A stretch of 63,898 bases of DNA, filler included, from Asterionella formosa (lineage: Eukaryota): the NCBI GenBank assembly GCA_002256025.1. It is 5 parts of 5 records of this genome, joined end to end, with 100 filler letters (N's around TTAATTAATTAA, not from the genome) between each part and the next. Parts side by side here need not be neighbours in the genome. Positions count along the whole stretch, not along the records: positions 31,063 to 60,056 come from NKIB01001105.1; 4 more parts are not named here. One strand, written 5' to 3'. Position 1 is the first letter of the stretch; each line of letters starts with the position of its first letter. The notes under the pieces are model-generated. The model was not told where the DNA came from. It was given only the letters and a program-made list of their open reading frames with translations, and did no database searches. Below are positions 40,922 to 52,597 of this stretch, piece after piece. Made by a program: the position numbers and the translations under genes.

Positions 40922-42046
40922 GTCATACATAAGTATCTAATGAATTCGTAACAAACTAGTATGCACATGTTGAGCGGAGTATTTTCTAAACTTAAGTGAA
41001 GCCAGATAATATCATTTCTTTGCCTCTGTACTTAAATGAATATCCCAACCAATCAATTTCCATTGATCTTGTGGCGGTAATGCTATATAATAATCAGTGT
41101 TTTCCATGGCTGATACGTTTTCTCTTGAACTCATACATATTCTGTATGTACCTGGCGGTAAAGCAGGGACTAAAAACGCTGTGGAAAGTATGTTGTTAGT
41201 ATGCTCAACAACGCTTAAGCCAGTATTCTCATCGCAAATAAAATCTCCTGTAGCAAAAAAATACGCGAGCATGGGCTGTCATGTTCTTGGTGCTTCTCAA
41301 CCAGCCAACAAACAGATGCCAGGAGTGATTCGGTTCCATCTGAGTAAATGACGTTCCTCCATAAGATCAGTTTTGCTGGCACAGTGTAGTAATTACCATT
41401 CCGACTTTCCCAATTCACCTCAACCCAATCAAACCAGGAATTTGTTACTTGATGAATGCTATTATCCTTTTTGTTCCAAATTGGATTACATCTTAAAACT
41501 GGTTTTGCACTGTCAACTTTGGAAACAATAGTAACATGGTAATAGAAATCGATCCTGAGTACCTATACAGACAGAGATCCAATAGAAGTTTTGTCATTAC
41601 AGTGCTGAACGGCAGCGTTTACAAGGTTCTTAACCGCTGCTTTCCCGCGGTCGTTGTCTGGGTGGAAGAGGCGGAAGTAGACTGTCCAGTACCTATACCC
41701 CAACCCTACTTTTGTCAATGACTGTATCTAACATATGGAAAGCGTGTAAATTGGTGAAAGCTCCGTTTAGCGATACACATTTGTTTTTTACTCGTAAGAA
41801 GTGTCTGTTTGAGTACTCTGACTAAGTATTATATTTTTAACCCTACCTCTAAACTAGGGTTGAACTGCAGGAACCTTAATAAATGGGTGGGAACCAATAA
41901 TCATCATGTGCAACAGTATAATGTCCAAATCAACACATTTTTTTTGTTATGTTGAATCGCTCCCTTGCTGTCCTTATGCTGGTCGGAATAATCAGCTGAC
42001 AGGTAGATCGCTGGTCTTATGCATTTCTCCAGTGGTAAGCGGCACC

Positions 42047-42916
42047 ATGATGGAAAACAAGCCGTCGCTGTTGGATAAATCCGACAGGGATGGCTGTATT
42101 GTCGTAGTGGCCAAGTGCCCACTGCCTGGAACATCAAAGACTCGCCTGGCCCCGTTACTCGGTAACGCCGGAGCCGCTGCGTTAGCCAAGGCCATGCTCA
42201 GTGACGTACTCGTGTCCCTGTCCCAACTCAAGGTTCCCAAAATTCTGCTTTACGCTCCTGGCACAGTCGAGGGGTGCGCTCACATGACTGCGATATTGCA
42301 AGAGTTGAGATTGTTCAAGGGATGGAAACTGATTCCCATGGAGGATGGCGATGCGACTACCGGTACTCTCACCTCCAGCGACTTGGGAAGCAAGCTGGCT
42401 CACGCGTTACTGGAAGCCAGAGCCTTCAGTGGAACTGGAGGGGTTGTGTTTCTTGGTATGGACTCACCACAAGTGCCACTGGATGAAATTGAGCACGCCC
42501 TGTACCAAGCCGCACACCACAATGCTGCCCTCCTTTGTCCAGCGCACGATGGCGGATATGGGATGTTGTGTGTCCCTCGCTGTGCATCACCAAATGTTTT
42601 TCAGGGGGTCAAGTGGTCGCATCCACTCACTGCCGTGTCGCAACTCAAGGCACTAACGGATGCTGGTGTACGTGTCGTCCTGGGGCGCCTCATGTATGAT
42701 GTTGATGAAGCAAGTGATGTGTTTCTTTTGGCGAACCGATTGGTACATCCTACACAACTGCCGAGTCCTACGGATCGTCTCCAGCAATCATCATCAGGAA
42801 AAGCAGAACGGACTAGGGAGTGTGATTATACATGGGATGCATTGGTGGCACTGGGAGTAATTGTGGCAGACAATGAAGGACAACATTATACCATCAATAT
42901 TAATTTGTCGAGATGA
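42047..42916 (+). CDS. DUF2064 / TIGR04282-family GT-A fold glycosyltransferase-like protein
   Basis: VVAK.P.PG.SKTRL, FLGMDSPQ, PAHDGGYG, F.GV.WS and DVDE..D motifs; no intron. Confidence 0.88.
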   Translation: MMENKPSLLDKSDRDGCIVVVAKCPLPGTSKTRLAPLLGNAGAAALAKAMLSDVLVSLSQLKVPKILLYAPGTVEGCAHMTAILQELRLFKGWKLIPMEDGDATTGTLTSSDLGSKLAHALLEARAFSGTGGVVFLGMDSPQVPLDEIEHALYQAAHHNAALLCPAHDGGYGMLCVPRCASPNVFQGVKWSHPLTAVSQLKALTDAGVRVVLGRLMYDVDEASDVFLLANRLVHPTQLPSPTDRLQQSSSGKAERTRECDYTWDALVALGVIVADNEGQHYTININLSR

Positions 42917-43676
42917 AATATTGAAAGCTATTACCTATTAGCTATACTCTTGAAATACGTAAGCTGTGTAAAGTAGAAATTGTGAAATGGATGATAATGC
43001 CTACTAGGCTAGATGTACAAGACTCTCCCACTGGGGGAGGGGTTTCACCACCTCAGTTATTCTAATGGTGCGTTTTCTTGTGAATTTAACATGCAGTTCA
43101 TCACTCCCCGAGGCATTCTTTATTCATGATGTATTATCTCCTTCGTAGTGTGTGGCGGAAAACTCACTTTTCTATCATAATGATGCACCACTCCATAAAT
43201 CACAACGAGAATTCCTTCCTTGCCAAAAACAAATTGAAGGCTGGACTGACTGTGGTAATACAATACCAGGACTGCAGGTATTCTTGGCAACTATTGATAA
43301 TTCATGTATTCATATATATATATATATATATCTGAATAATTTAACAAAGGATCCTCAATGCAGTCATCCTGTTACGCCTTCTAATGATCCTTTCTGTGCC
43401 TTTCTGTGATATCGACTCTTTGTTCATGACAATCAATATTGAGCATGCTCGTGTCATGACATGACTTTGCTATGTCAAGCGTGCTTCAAATCACTTCAGG
43501 AGAAAGAAGCAGTCATGCATCAACTCCAGATTCATCTGACTGAGAGTGAGTTGAGGGCTAGTTGTTCATATGATAGGTCTACAACATGATTCATATCAGT
43601 ACTATACCGGGGTAGGCAGAGAAATGATATTTTTGGTATATTTATGTTATTGATGCAGAAATTTGATACTTTACTT

Positions 43677-44974
43677 GGCGCTCTGATTAAAAAATGATAT
43701 CAGGTGTGTATTATAGCACAAATTATTTTGTGTTTTGATACATAATATTGTCATTGTGCTCTGACATTTGAAAAATTTTAGATTACTTATCTGACATAAA
43801 ATATATATTTAACTTTAATTCATAACAGTTAAATTTTCATAACGATGCATCCGCTTGTGCAATATGCCTCCTCTTGCTCATTATTTACATATTAATTATC
43901 ATTGATGTGAGATATCAAACAAGCTACTGAATGCCCATATCAGCAGGACACGAAAAAATGTCTTGTATATCGCTTTGTTCCACTCGAAATGGGAGGTAAT
44001 GGGGGACTCATAAGCCCTCCACTGGATCTGCTAGTTTGATTGACGAAGTTCCTTTGAAAAAACTTCAAGAAATGATTGAGTTCACATGCTGCTGCTTGGT
44101 ACATTCCCAAGATACCAAAGCGTGACGTTGGTCGCCATTTCAATTTGGATGAGTGTCATGTGTGGGTGGATGCGTCTACAATTTTGGAGTTGTGAGAGTC
44201 TGGGTTAGTGGAATCGAATCCTTCTTTTGCCAAATATTACATTCGTTTTATTGGTCATTTTGTGAGAGTCTATGAAGTGACAGCCCCTATATGCTTGCTT
44301 GAGAAAGCTTCCACTGGTCCGTAGACCCATCCAACACCAAGCTATACTTGAATAATGGATGCAAGATAAAAGATGTACTCAGCCTTTCGCTTTGGCAAAA
44401 GATTGCTCATTTTTCTGAGCATGAAGCAAATGATTCTGGATGTCCATGATCATACAATTGATCTCCTGACCATACTGATCAGGAATCTTTGAAACTTATT
44501 TGGCTTGAAGTAAAATATTAAAAAATAAAGCGAAATCTCTAAAATATTCTTTGCAGCACAACCTAGTAGGTTTCTGTCAAATGGATTTGTGAACATCACT
44601 CAACAAAAGATCAACCCAACAATTGGAATGAGTTCTGGACAAGGAAAGCCCGTGTACTCAAGATCTAGCTCATTAGATTCCAGCATTCTCTCCTTTTATA
44701 TCACCAAAGAATAATACGCTTTGGAAGTTTCTCTAGCTGGCAAAATTGAAAGTCATTTTTGTCACCTGACTGGATCATCAATGTTGCACTCTCATATGTT
44801 ATGATTTCTTGCAGGCGGTATGTACTTTGAATATTACAACATCCTGGTGCCAGGGTACCTGGTACCTGTAGTTTACCAAATTTGGTCAACACCAACGCGA
44901 ATTTTGGGGTTATGAGTACAACAATTTACTTCATAAAATATATGAAAGTATTTTTTTTATCAGAGTGCTCCCAC
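43677..44974. mobile_element. Non-autonomous Harbinger derivative
   Basis: 43677-43880 is a diverged reverse complement of 31780-31992; the right end ttttatcagagtgctcccac is an inverted match. Confidence 0.7.
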
Positions 44975-45612
44975 TACGGTTGTATACCGGTACTTCAATA
45001 AAATGGAAGCCTTTCATATTTTATATGATATTATAGGAAAATGATATGTCGTCCCTATATAGCTTTTCGATTTTTCGTTCCCTAACTCTAACCCTAACCC
45101 TAGACTCTTCCTAGTTAGCATCTGAAGTTTAGGCTCAGAGGTTAAGGTTAGGGTTAAGGTGACGAAAAATCGTTTTCCTATGTAAGTATTATACCGAGAC
45201 AGAATACCGGTACATACAGCATCGAGAGACACCGGTACATAATATACACAACTCGTCCGCAACATGACCATGATGTACGTCACCTTCAGTCATGATATTT
45301 CGAGTCATATTCTATATTTTGTTCATCTTCGAGTATAATTTTATCTTGTGACCTGCATCGATGGATCATGGTCTCCCCCATCCCTTGTTTCATGACTAAC
45401 TATTAATGAATGATGTGCTCCCATCATAACATGACTTACTACTCTATTGTTAATAAATGACATACCATAGCTGCTGCTACATAATGTATATGCTTCAAAG
45501 CAGACCTGCACCACTTGAATGATTTCATTAACAAATTGATTCATAAATTCAAAATCTGAGTACATCTCATTTGAACCATCATCGAGAGAGTAAGGCCCTT
45601 TCAAACATAGCA

Positions 45613-46263
45613 ATGAAATTTTCTCTTGCCTTCCTTTGCTTCCCTTTTGTCGTTCTTGCCACCATGGTGCCTGCCTTTGTCTGTGCTGATGTGGACGGTG
45701 GCCCGACAATATTGCGACAAGGCCTCAAGGTGAAAAATAAGTTCTTGCATGATGCAACCTCCAGTACTACCATTAAGCTTGATGGCAACAAGGTAAAAAA
45801 CAAAAGGCTGCTAGCAGGAGAAGGAAGCCCTGCTGCCACTGCTCCTGTTGCTGGATCTCCATCTGCCAATGCTCCGGTTGCGTCAGCTCCAGTTGCTGCC
45901 TCTCCAACTGCCGCTGCCCCAGTTGTTTCTGCTCCTGTTGCTATCTCCCCAACCGCCACTGCCCCAGTTGCTGCCTCTCCATCTGCCACTGCTCCTGTCG
46001 CTACCGCTCCAACTGCCGCTGCCCCAGTTGTTTCTGCTCCTGTTGCTGTCTCCCCAACCGCCACTGCCCCAGTTTCTGCCTCTCCATCTGCCACTGCTCC
46101 TGTTGCTGCCTCTCCATCTGCCGATGCTCCGATGGTATCTGCTCCAGTTGCTGCCTCTCCATCTGCCACTGCTCCGATGGCATCATCTGCTCCTGTCGCT
46201 GCCTCTCCAACTGCTACGGCTCCCATGGCCTCTTTGTTGCAATACTACCATTCAAATGTTTGA
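45613..46263 (+). pseudogene. Truncated duplicate of the secreted PAST-rich gene at 50930
   Basis: Near-identical signal peptide, propeptide and APVAASP repeats plus ~340 bp of upstream sequence; homology is lost at ~46230 and the Cys-rich domain is absent. Confidence 0.8.
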
Positions 46264-46559
46264 TGACGTCACGTGAAAAGCTTTACATCATAAACTGGGA
46301 ATTGTGTGATAATGTATTCCATGGTCATTTTTATGTAGTCACACGTCATTGGCTTCCATTGTTCCTTCGCTGCAGTTATATATTTCTTATATTCACACTT
46401 GTTTCAAAGTGTCAACTGCCATCAGTTTCGATTTCTCTTTGACTTCCAAAGTCAATATAGTACAGATTAATCTAACTCACAATATCTAGAATTTACTTCC
46501 GAAAGTACATTGTTAGATTACCTTCAGACTTTGGGACTATTCTCATATATTGAGATAGC

Positions 46560-47749
46560 TATTATTGCAGGTCATTAGAGCCTTTTCTGTTTCCACTCCT
46601 AAACAACCAATCTTCATTTGTTTGTTCTTCTCCCTCCTGCTTGAGAAGATGATAACTCCAACTCCTTCCATCCCTGCTGGAAGCCTTGGAAGCGCTTGCC
46701 CACTTGGTATTACTCCTTCCACGCCTGCTCTTTCCATCTCTCATGTTCTTCATGATCCCCCAGCACCTCCTGGTACTCTCACTAAGCTCTATCGCTATCT
46801 CTTCTCTTCGGCCAATCCTGCATCTGCTGTTCCTATTCCTTTGGAGGTCCTTTTTCGCTTTTCCCTTGTGGCGCTGTTGTCCATTTTCAACCAACCTCCT
46901 CCACCTATCCAGTCCGTGTTACTGTTGTCTCCATTGACCGTGATGATCCTGACCAGCTTCTCTACCCTGTTCGCCGCTCCGATGGTGTTCTCATTGACAC
47001 TGATTCTTGTTGTCTCCATGACCTCCCTGATCAACCTGTTGCTTTCGCCATCAATAGTATGGCTGTTCTGTATTCCAAGCATTGTTCTACACCTGTTCCA
47101 TGTACTTTACAAGCCGCCGACCACCCCAACTACTCTCTCCGCACAACAGCTGACAACTCATTCACACAGTTTTCAAACACATCAGTCTTGACTTGAGCCC
47201 TTCTTCCCATGTACCTCTGCCTCTTCCATGCCCTCCCCCCTTTGATTCCTTCTCTTGTTTTTCCCCTGGCACAAAACAGGTCCTTCTGTCTGTTGACCGC
47301 TTGTCACTTCGGGATCAACACACCCTCACGGCCAACCCCATTGTTGCCTCATCCCTTTTCGATGGCACTTCCTTTTTTATGCAGGATTTTCAATGCCAAC
47401 TTGGCGAGTTCATGACTATTGACCATTTTCATCACACTGGTTTACTTTCTAATCCGGATGTTCATGGAGTGCCTCGCGATATTTTCCGTGATTCTAACTC
47501 TCTTGTGCTTGGTGATTTTGAACGTGCTGACGCGTGGCTCCTCTCTGACTCTTCCCCGTCTGGCCTTGCTCTCGCTAAACTCTCTACTTTGCAATTGAGT
47601 CAATCTAAGCTTGTCCTTGCTTTCCGCACCCACTTCAATGTTGTCTTTAAATTCTTCGCTGACATTGTCTGCCTTGTCGATCAACTCTCTCGTCTTGGCA
47701 GCTCCAAAGAAGATTTATGTGGTGCTATTCTCTTTGCCTTATCTACCTG
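46560..47749 (+). pseudogene. C/T-rich coding-like remnant, probably retroelement-derived, cut by TIR copy D
   Basis: Strong pyrimidine bias and broken ORFs ending exactly at the TIR. Confidence 0.3.
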
Positions 47750-50238
47750 CGTCTGCAAATAAAACTATCATATTTCAGTTGGAGATGCAATAACAGCGTC
47801 TGCAAAAAAACTATCATATTTCCATGATGCATCATAGGATTGTGATCATCTGATCATAATTTTTTGTTACATCATCTAATAATTTTGATAAATGCCCTTG
47901 TAATTTAAATAGTAAACCTTTTGTCTACACATATTTAATTATTATATGTATTGTTTCTATTTGATTCCTGTATTCGAATTACTTGGTAGGATAATGTACC
48001 AGCTGAAGTAATGTAATTTGGCTCGTCATTTCCATCTGTCATCACTCTGATTTTTGCAACAACAACGAAATACTAGCGATGACAAGTGGAATGATTGTTT
48101 GCGATAACGACGTCTTCAATTGTTGGTCAAGTGATCATTATATCTTTGAGTACTCGTCATGTGCAGTGAACCTTTGTTCATAATCATTCAATTAAGAGTT
48201 TACAGAGAAGAAATCATTCGAACTCGTAATGGTTCCACACACAGCGCACATTGTGAATCCATTTCGTCAACCACCAGCATTACAATCTCGCCAATCAACC
48301 CGTAAACAAACAAATTCTACTTGTTCTTGTTGACATTTTCAATTCTCACATGATTCTACATCTACTATTGAGATTCAGCATAGAAGGAGATACAAAAATG
48401 TAACAGACCAATGTCCACATAGCTATAGTTATAGAATGATTCTGATAACAATTTCTTTTTCATATCGCTCGTTTCTGCATTTTGCATGCTGTACTTGTAT
48501 TTACTATTGAACTTGTCCGCATCTTTGATACCATCAATAGAGCGACAGGTGGGTCTCTTAATTGTTATTTGCTCCTGGAAAAGTCGGTGTCCGTGTCATC
48601 CTCATCAAAAGAGGGACAAGTGTCCTTCATCATTGCGGTTTGCCGCTGGAAAAAGTGGTACCTGTGGTGTCGTCATTCGCTCGTTGGATCCACTGTCCGT
48701 TGCCTCAAACCTGATTAACGTAATATGATTAAATATGAACACAAGTGTTATCAATACATCATAGTAGAAAATTCAATCGAACATGAAGTATGTTACTTAA
48801 TATGTATGCAAGTGTTATCAATACATCATAGAAAATAAATCAATCAATCATAAAGTATGTTACTTAATATATATATATTGGACTTTTAATGTATACATAT
48901 AAGCCAACAGTTAATATGATAGTATTATACAGTGGATAGGATCTAAGTATACGGATGAGTTGATATGTACATCACCGTAATATGATTTGTGATATGGATT
49001 GATGCATATTACAGACCGGTATCCTCAACAGCCAGCCATCACGTTCATTGTCATGTCGTTTTTACTTGTTATAGCTATAAATACCGGCATATGTATTGTG
49101 TAAACACTACACTAGCGGAACATGCATATTACACTGTGTTCTGTTTAACAATTTGTACCAGTACACTCGGTTACCATCACACCAGCTGCACCTCCACAAG
49201 CGCCGCAAAAAGCTCCGCGTTTCCCTTCCATTCTTTCACATCATAGTCTTCTGGCCCTTTGACAACTTTCCAAATGGCATTTCATGGATTTCATGGAAAG
49301 GATCAGTCAAACAAGAAACATGACTTACTTCCATTGTTTACACTACACGATTTTATGTTTTCGGAAAAGAAGATGAAGGAACTTATGAAATCAATCGAAG
49401 ATTTGCTCCTTTGAATACACTCAAAGATCAGATGAATTTGAACAGATCCATAATACTCCAGAAAAAATAAGTCAGAGTACCAGGTAGTAAGCGAGCAACA
49501 GAACACCATATGTTCATGAGTGTTGCTACTGCAGGCAGTGGGACAGTAAATCATCATAGTTTTAGGATCGTATGATCATAAAATTGAAAAAGGATAGTCG
49601 AAGTAGTAAGCGAGCAACAGAGCACCATTTTTTCAGGATCGTATGATCATAAAATTGAAAAAGGATAGTCGGAGTAGTAAGCAAGCAACAGAGCACCATA
49701 TGTTCATGACTGTTGCTACTGCAGCGGGACAGAAACGTTGGGTCGCTTGCATGTAGATTAATAGATAGCATTGCTAAATTTGATAGTTAAATTACAATCC
49801 ATTTCAATCTATTTTGAACAATGCTTGTGATTAGAATTATGATCATGTTTACGATAGATTTACGATGAAACAATTCACATGATAGCATAGAGTTGAGCTG
49901 GTTTTAGGATACGCTGTAGTTATATTTTACATCGGGCGATCACGAGAAGCGAAAATAATATGAGAAGGTTTATGATATTGATGAGAAATATAGTTGATCA
50001 GTGATTTTATGATATTGATGAAAACTGTTGTTGATCAGTTGATATACATTGTGTGAGGATGATAATGTTCTTATTATCATTATCTTTCAAGGTAGGTAAA
50101 ATATTAATAAATCATCATAGTTATAGGATATCTTGATCATAGTTTTGATCCAAAAATTATCATATAAACGAAAATCCTGTACCACTTAGCGTATGATACC
50201 CTTGATCCTATATGCCTGATACTTTTTATTTGCAGATG
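47750..50238. mobile_element. TIR-family copy D with a doubled left end
   Basis: cgtctgcaaa..aactatcatatttc at 47750 and 47797; right end tactttttatttgcagatg; internal tandem duplications. Confidence 0.8.
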
Positions 50239-50929
50239 CTGTTATTTTACTCCATCTTCCAACTGAAAATATTTAAATTTATTTATCAATCGAAACCTGA
50301 TGCAAGTACAAAGAGTTTGTTCGATGATTCACTCTACTCAGCGAATAAGTAATCAGTTTCGATTCAGTGTATAAAGCCATGAAGATCTAATTTTTTCAAA
50401 GTCATTAAGATTGTTGCATAGCAGTGGCTTATAGTGCATATTTTTCTATCCATACATGACTATATTCTCCCCCCAAACCGTGATTATTTTTCCTCCGTTT
50501 ATACTACAGAAAATCTTTTCGTATTACTTCACTTGTTGGTACCTGGTACACAGAATCCTGGGACTTTGTCTGGTAGATATCTGATGATGAACGTCATCGT
50601 CAGTCCGGATATTTCGAGTCATAATATTTGAGTACATCTTGCATAATTTATGTTGTTACCTGCCTCGATGCATCATGGTCTCGCCCACCCCTTGTTTCAT
50701 GACTGTCTTTTCATGAATGATGTGCTCCCACCATGACATGAGTTTCTACTCTATTGTTAATAAATGACATACCATAGCTACAGTCGTTACATAATGTATA
50801 TGATTCAAAGCAGACCTGGATCAGCCCGCTTGAATATTTCATTTACAGATTGTCTCATAAATTCAAAATCGGATTACAAATCACTTGGACCAATATCATC
50901 GAGAGAGTAAGCCCCTCTCAAACATGACA

Positions 50930-52597
50930 ATGAAATTTTCTCTTGCCTTCCTTTGCTTCCCTTTTGTTGTCCTTGCCACCATGGTGCCTGCCTTTGTCTG
51001 TGCTGATGTGGATGGAGGCCCGAAAATGTTGAGACAAGGCCTCAAGGTGAAAAATAAGTTCTTGCATGATGCAACCTCCAGTACTACCATTAAGCTTGAA
51101 GGCAAAAATGTAAAAACGAAAAGGCTACTAGCAGGAGGAGGAAGCCCTGCTGCCACTGCTCCAGTTGCATCTTCTCCATCTGCCGCAGCTCCAGTTGCTG
51201 CCTCTCCAACAGCCACTGCACCTGTTGCTGAATCTCCATCTGCCAATGCTCCGGTTGCGTCAGCTCCAGTTGCTGCCTCTCCAACTGCCGCTGCCCCAGT
51301 TGTTTCTGCTCCTGTTGCTGTCTCCCCAACTGCCACTGCACCAATTGCTGTCTCTCCATCTGCCACTGCCCCAGTTGCTGCTGCTCCTGTTGCTGCCTCG
51401 CCATCTGCCACTGCCCCAGTTGCTGCTGCTCCTGTTGCTGCCTCGCCATCAGCCACTGCCCCAATTGCATCTGCTCCTGTCGCTGCCTCGCCATCAGCCA
51501 CTGCCCCAATTGCATCTGCTCCTGTCGCTGCATCTCCATCTGCCACTGCTCCGATCGCATCTGCTCCTGTTATTCTTGCATCTCCAACTGCCACTGCTCC
51601 AGTTCCTGCTCCTCCAGTTAATACTGACTCTGGTGACTTCTGCTGGTTAGACTCCTCTGGTCGCGGTGTTGGCACAATTCCAGATACATGTGCATCAGAT
51701 CGTGAAAAAATCGGGTTGCTGTGCTATAGCATGTGTCCTCAGGGTACCGCGCGCTTTGGCTTTGATTGCCATTCAGTTTGCCCCACAAACATGAGGGATG
51801 ATGGTCTTTTCTGCAGGCTCTTAGAATACGGTCGTGGTGCAGGATATCCTTGGCAATTTGGAGATGGGTTCAATCTTGACAATGCACGTGGGCGCTGTGA
51901 AGGGGACAATGGTGGCCCTGACACGTGCGAAAAAAATGGAGAGATTTACTACCCGAAATGTGCATCAGGTTTCTCCGCTTTTGGGTGCTGCATCTGTCGT
52001 CCCAACCCTCCTGATTGTGGAGCACTTGGCCTTGGTGGCCAATTCGATCTTTCCTGTGCCAAGAATATTATCATAGGTGACCCAACTCCGATGCAGTGTG
52101 GCGGTAACTTACAAATGGATGCTGGTTTGTGCTACTCAACTTGCTCATCTGGTTCTACAGGAGTTGGTCCTGTTTGCTGGAGCTCGCCTCCCGCTGGTTG
52201 GGTTTCATGTGGCCTGGGCGCTGCCAAAGACAGCAGTACCTGTGGCAGTATTGTCTTTGGTCAGGTGAGCGCTGTTGGTCAACTTGCCTTCACCATTGGT
52301 TCACTGGGTGCAGGGGCAGGGGCAGGTGCTGTCAACACAGGAGGCAAAATTGAGGAGCTCCTTGCAAAGTGGAAAGAAATCAAAGAGCTCCCAGAGGTAC
52401 AAATGGCAATACAGACTGCTGAAGATACAGCATTTGTGTTCAAATTGGTGAACTTTCTCAATGGCGATTTGGTTCCAAACTCACCAGAAGAAGCAGTGCG
52501 TTTGGCAGCTGAAGTAGCGTCCTTTTTTGATACAAGTGGCATTTCCAGTACTGTTGCAGCCTTTACATATGCACGATGCAGCACAATTGTGCCATAA
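50930..52597 (+). CDS. Secreted protein: signal peptide, RXL propeptide site, APVAASP mucin/AGP-like repeats, Cys-rich GRGVG/GRGAG domain, helical C-terminus
   Basis: MKFSLAFL.. signal, KRLL, ~130 aa of P/A/S/T repeats, FCWLDSSGRGVG..CY..CP..DDGLFCR..YGRGAG; intact ORF. Confidence 0.88.
   Translation: MKFSLAFLCFPFVVLATMVPAFVCADVDGGPKMLRQGLKVKNKFLHDATSSTTIKLEGKNVKTKRLLAGGGSPAATAPVASSPSAAAPVAASPTATAPVAESPSANAPVASAPVAASPTAAAPVVSAPVAVSPTATAPIAVSPSATAPVAAAPVAASPSATAPVAAAPVAASPSATAPIASAPVAASPSATAPIASAPVAASPSATAPIASAPVILASPTATAPVPAPPVNTDSGDFCWLDSSGRGVGTIPDTCASDREKIGLLCYSMCPQGTARFGFDCHSVCPTNMRDDGLFCRLLEYGRGAGYPWQFGDGFNLDNARGRCEGDNGGPDTCEKNGEIYYPKCASGFSAFGCCICRPNPPDCGALGLGGQFDLSCAKNIIIGDPTPMQCGGNLQMDAGLCYSTCSSGSTGVGPVCWSSPPAGWVSCGLGAAKDSSTCGSIVFGQVSAVGQLAFTIGSLGAGAGAGAVNTGGKIEELLAKWKEIKELPEVQMAIQTAEDTAFVFKLVNFLNGDLVPNSPEEAVRLAAEVASFFDTSGISSTVAAFTYARCSTIVP

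Noticed and set aside
49480..49735. CRISPR-like repeat/spacer pattern
   Set aside because: The 'spacers' are themselves repeated, there are no cas genes, and the context is a eukaryotic TE.
45579..51675. Antisense GAVA.GEAAT and alternative-frame Leu/Pro/Gln ORFs
   Set aside because: Shadows of the APVAASP repeats.
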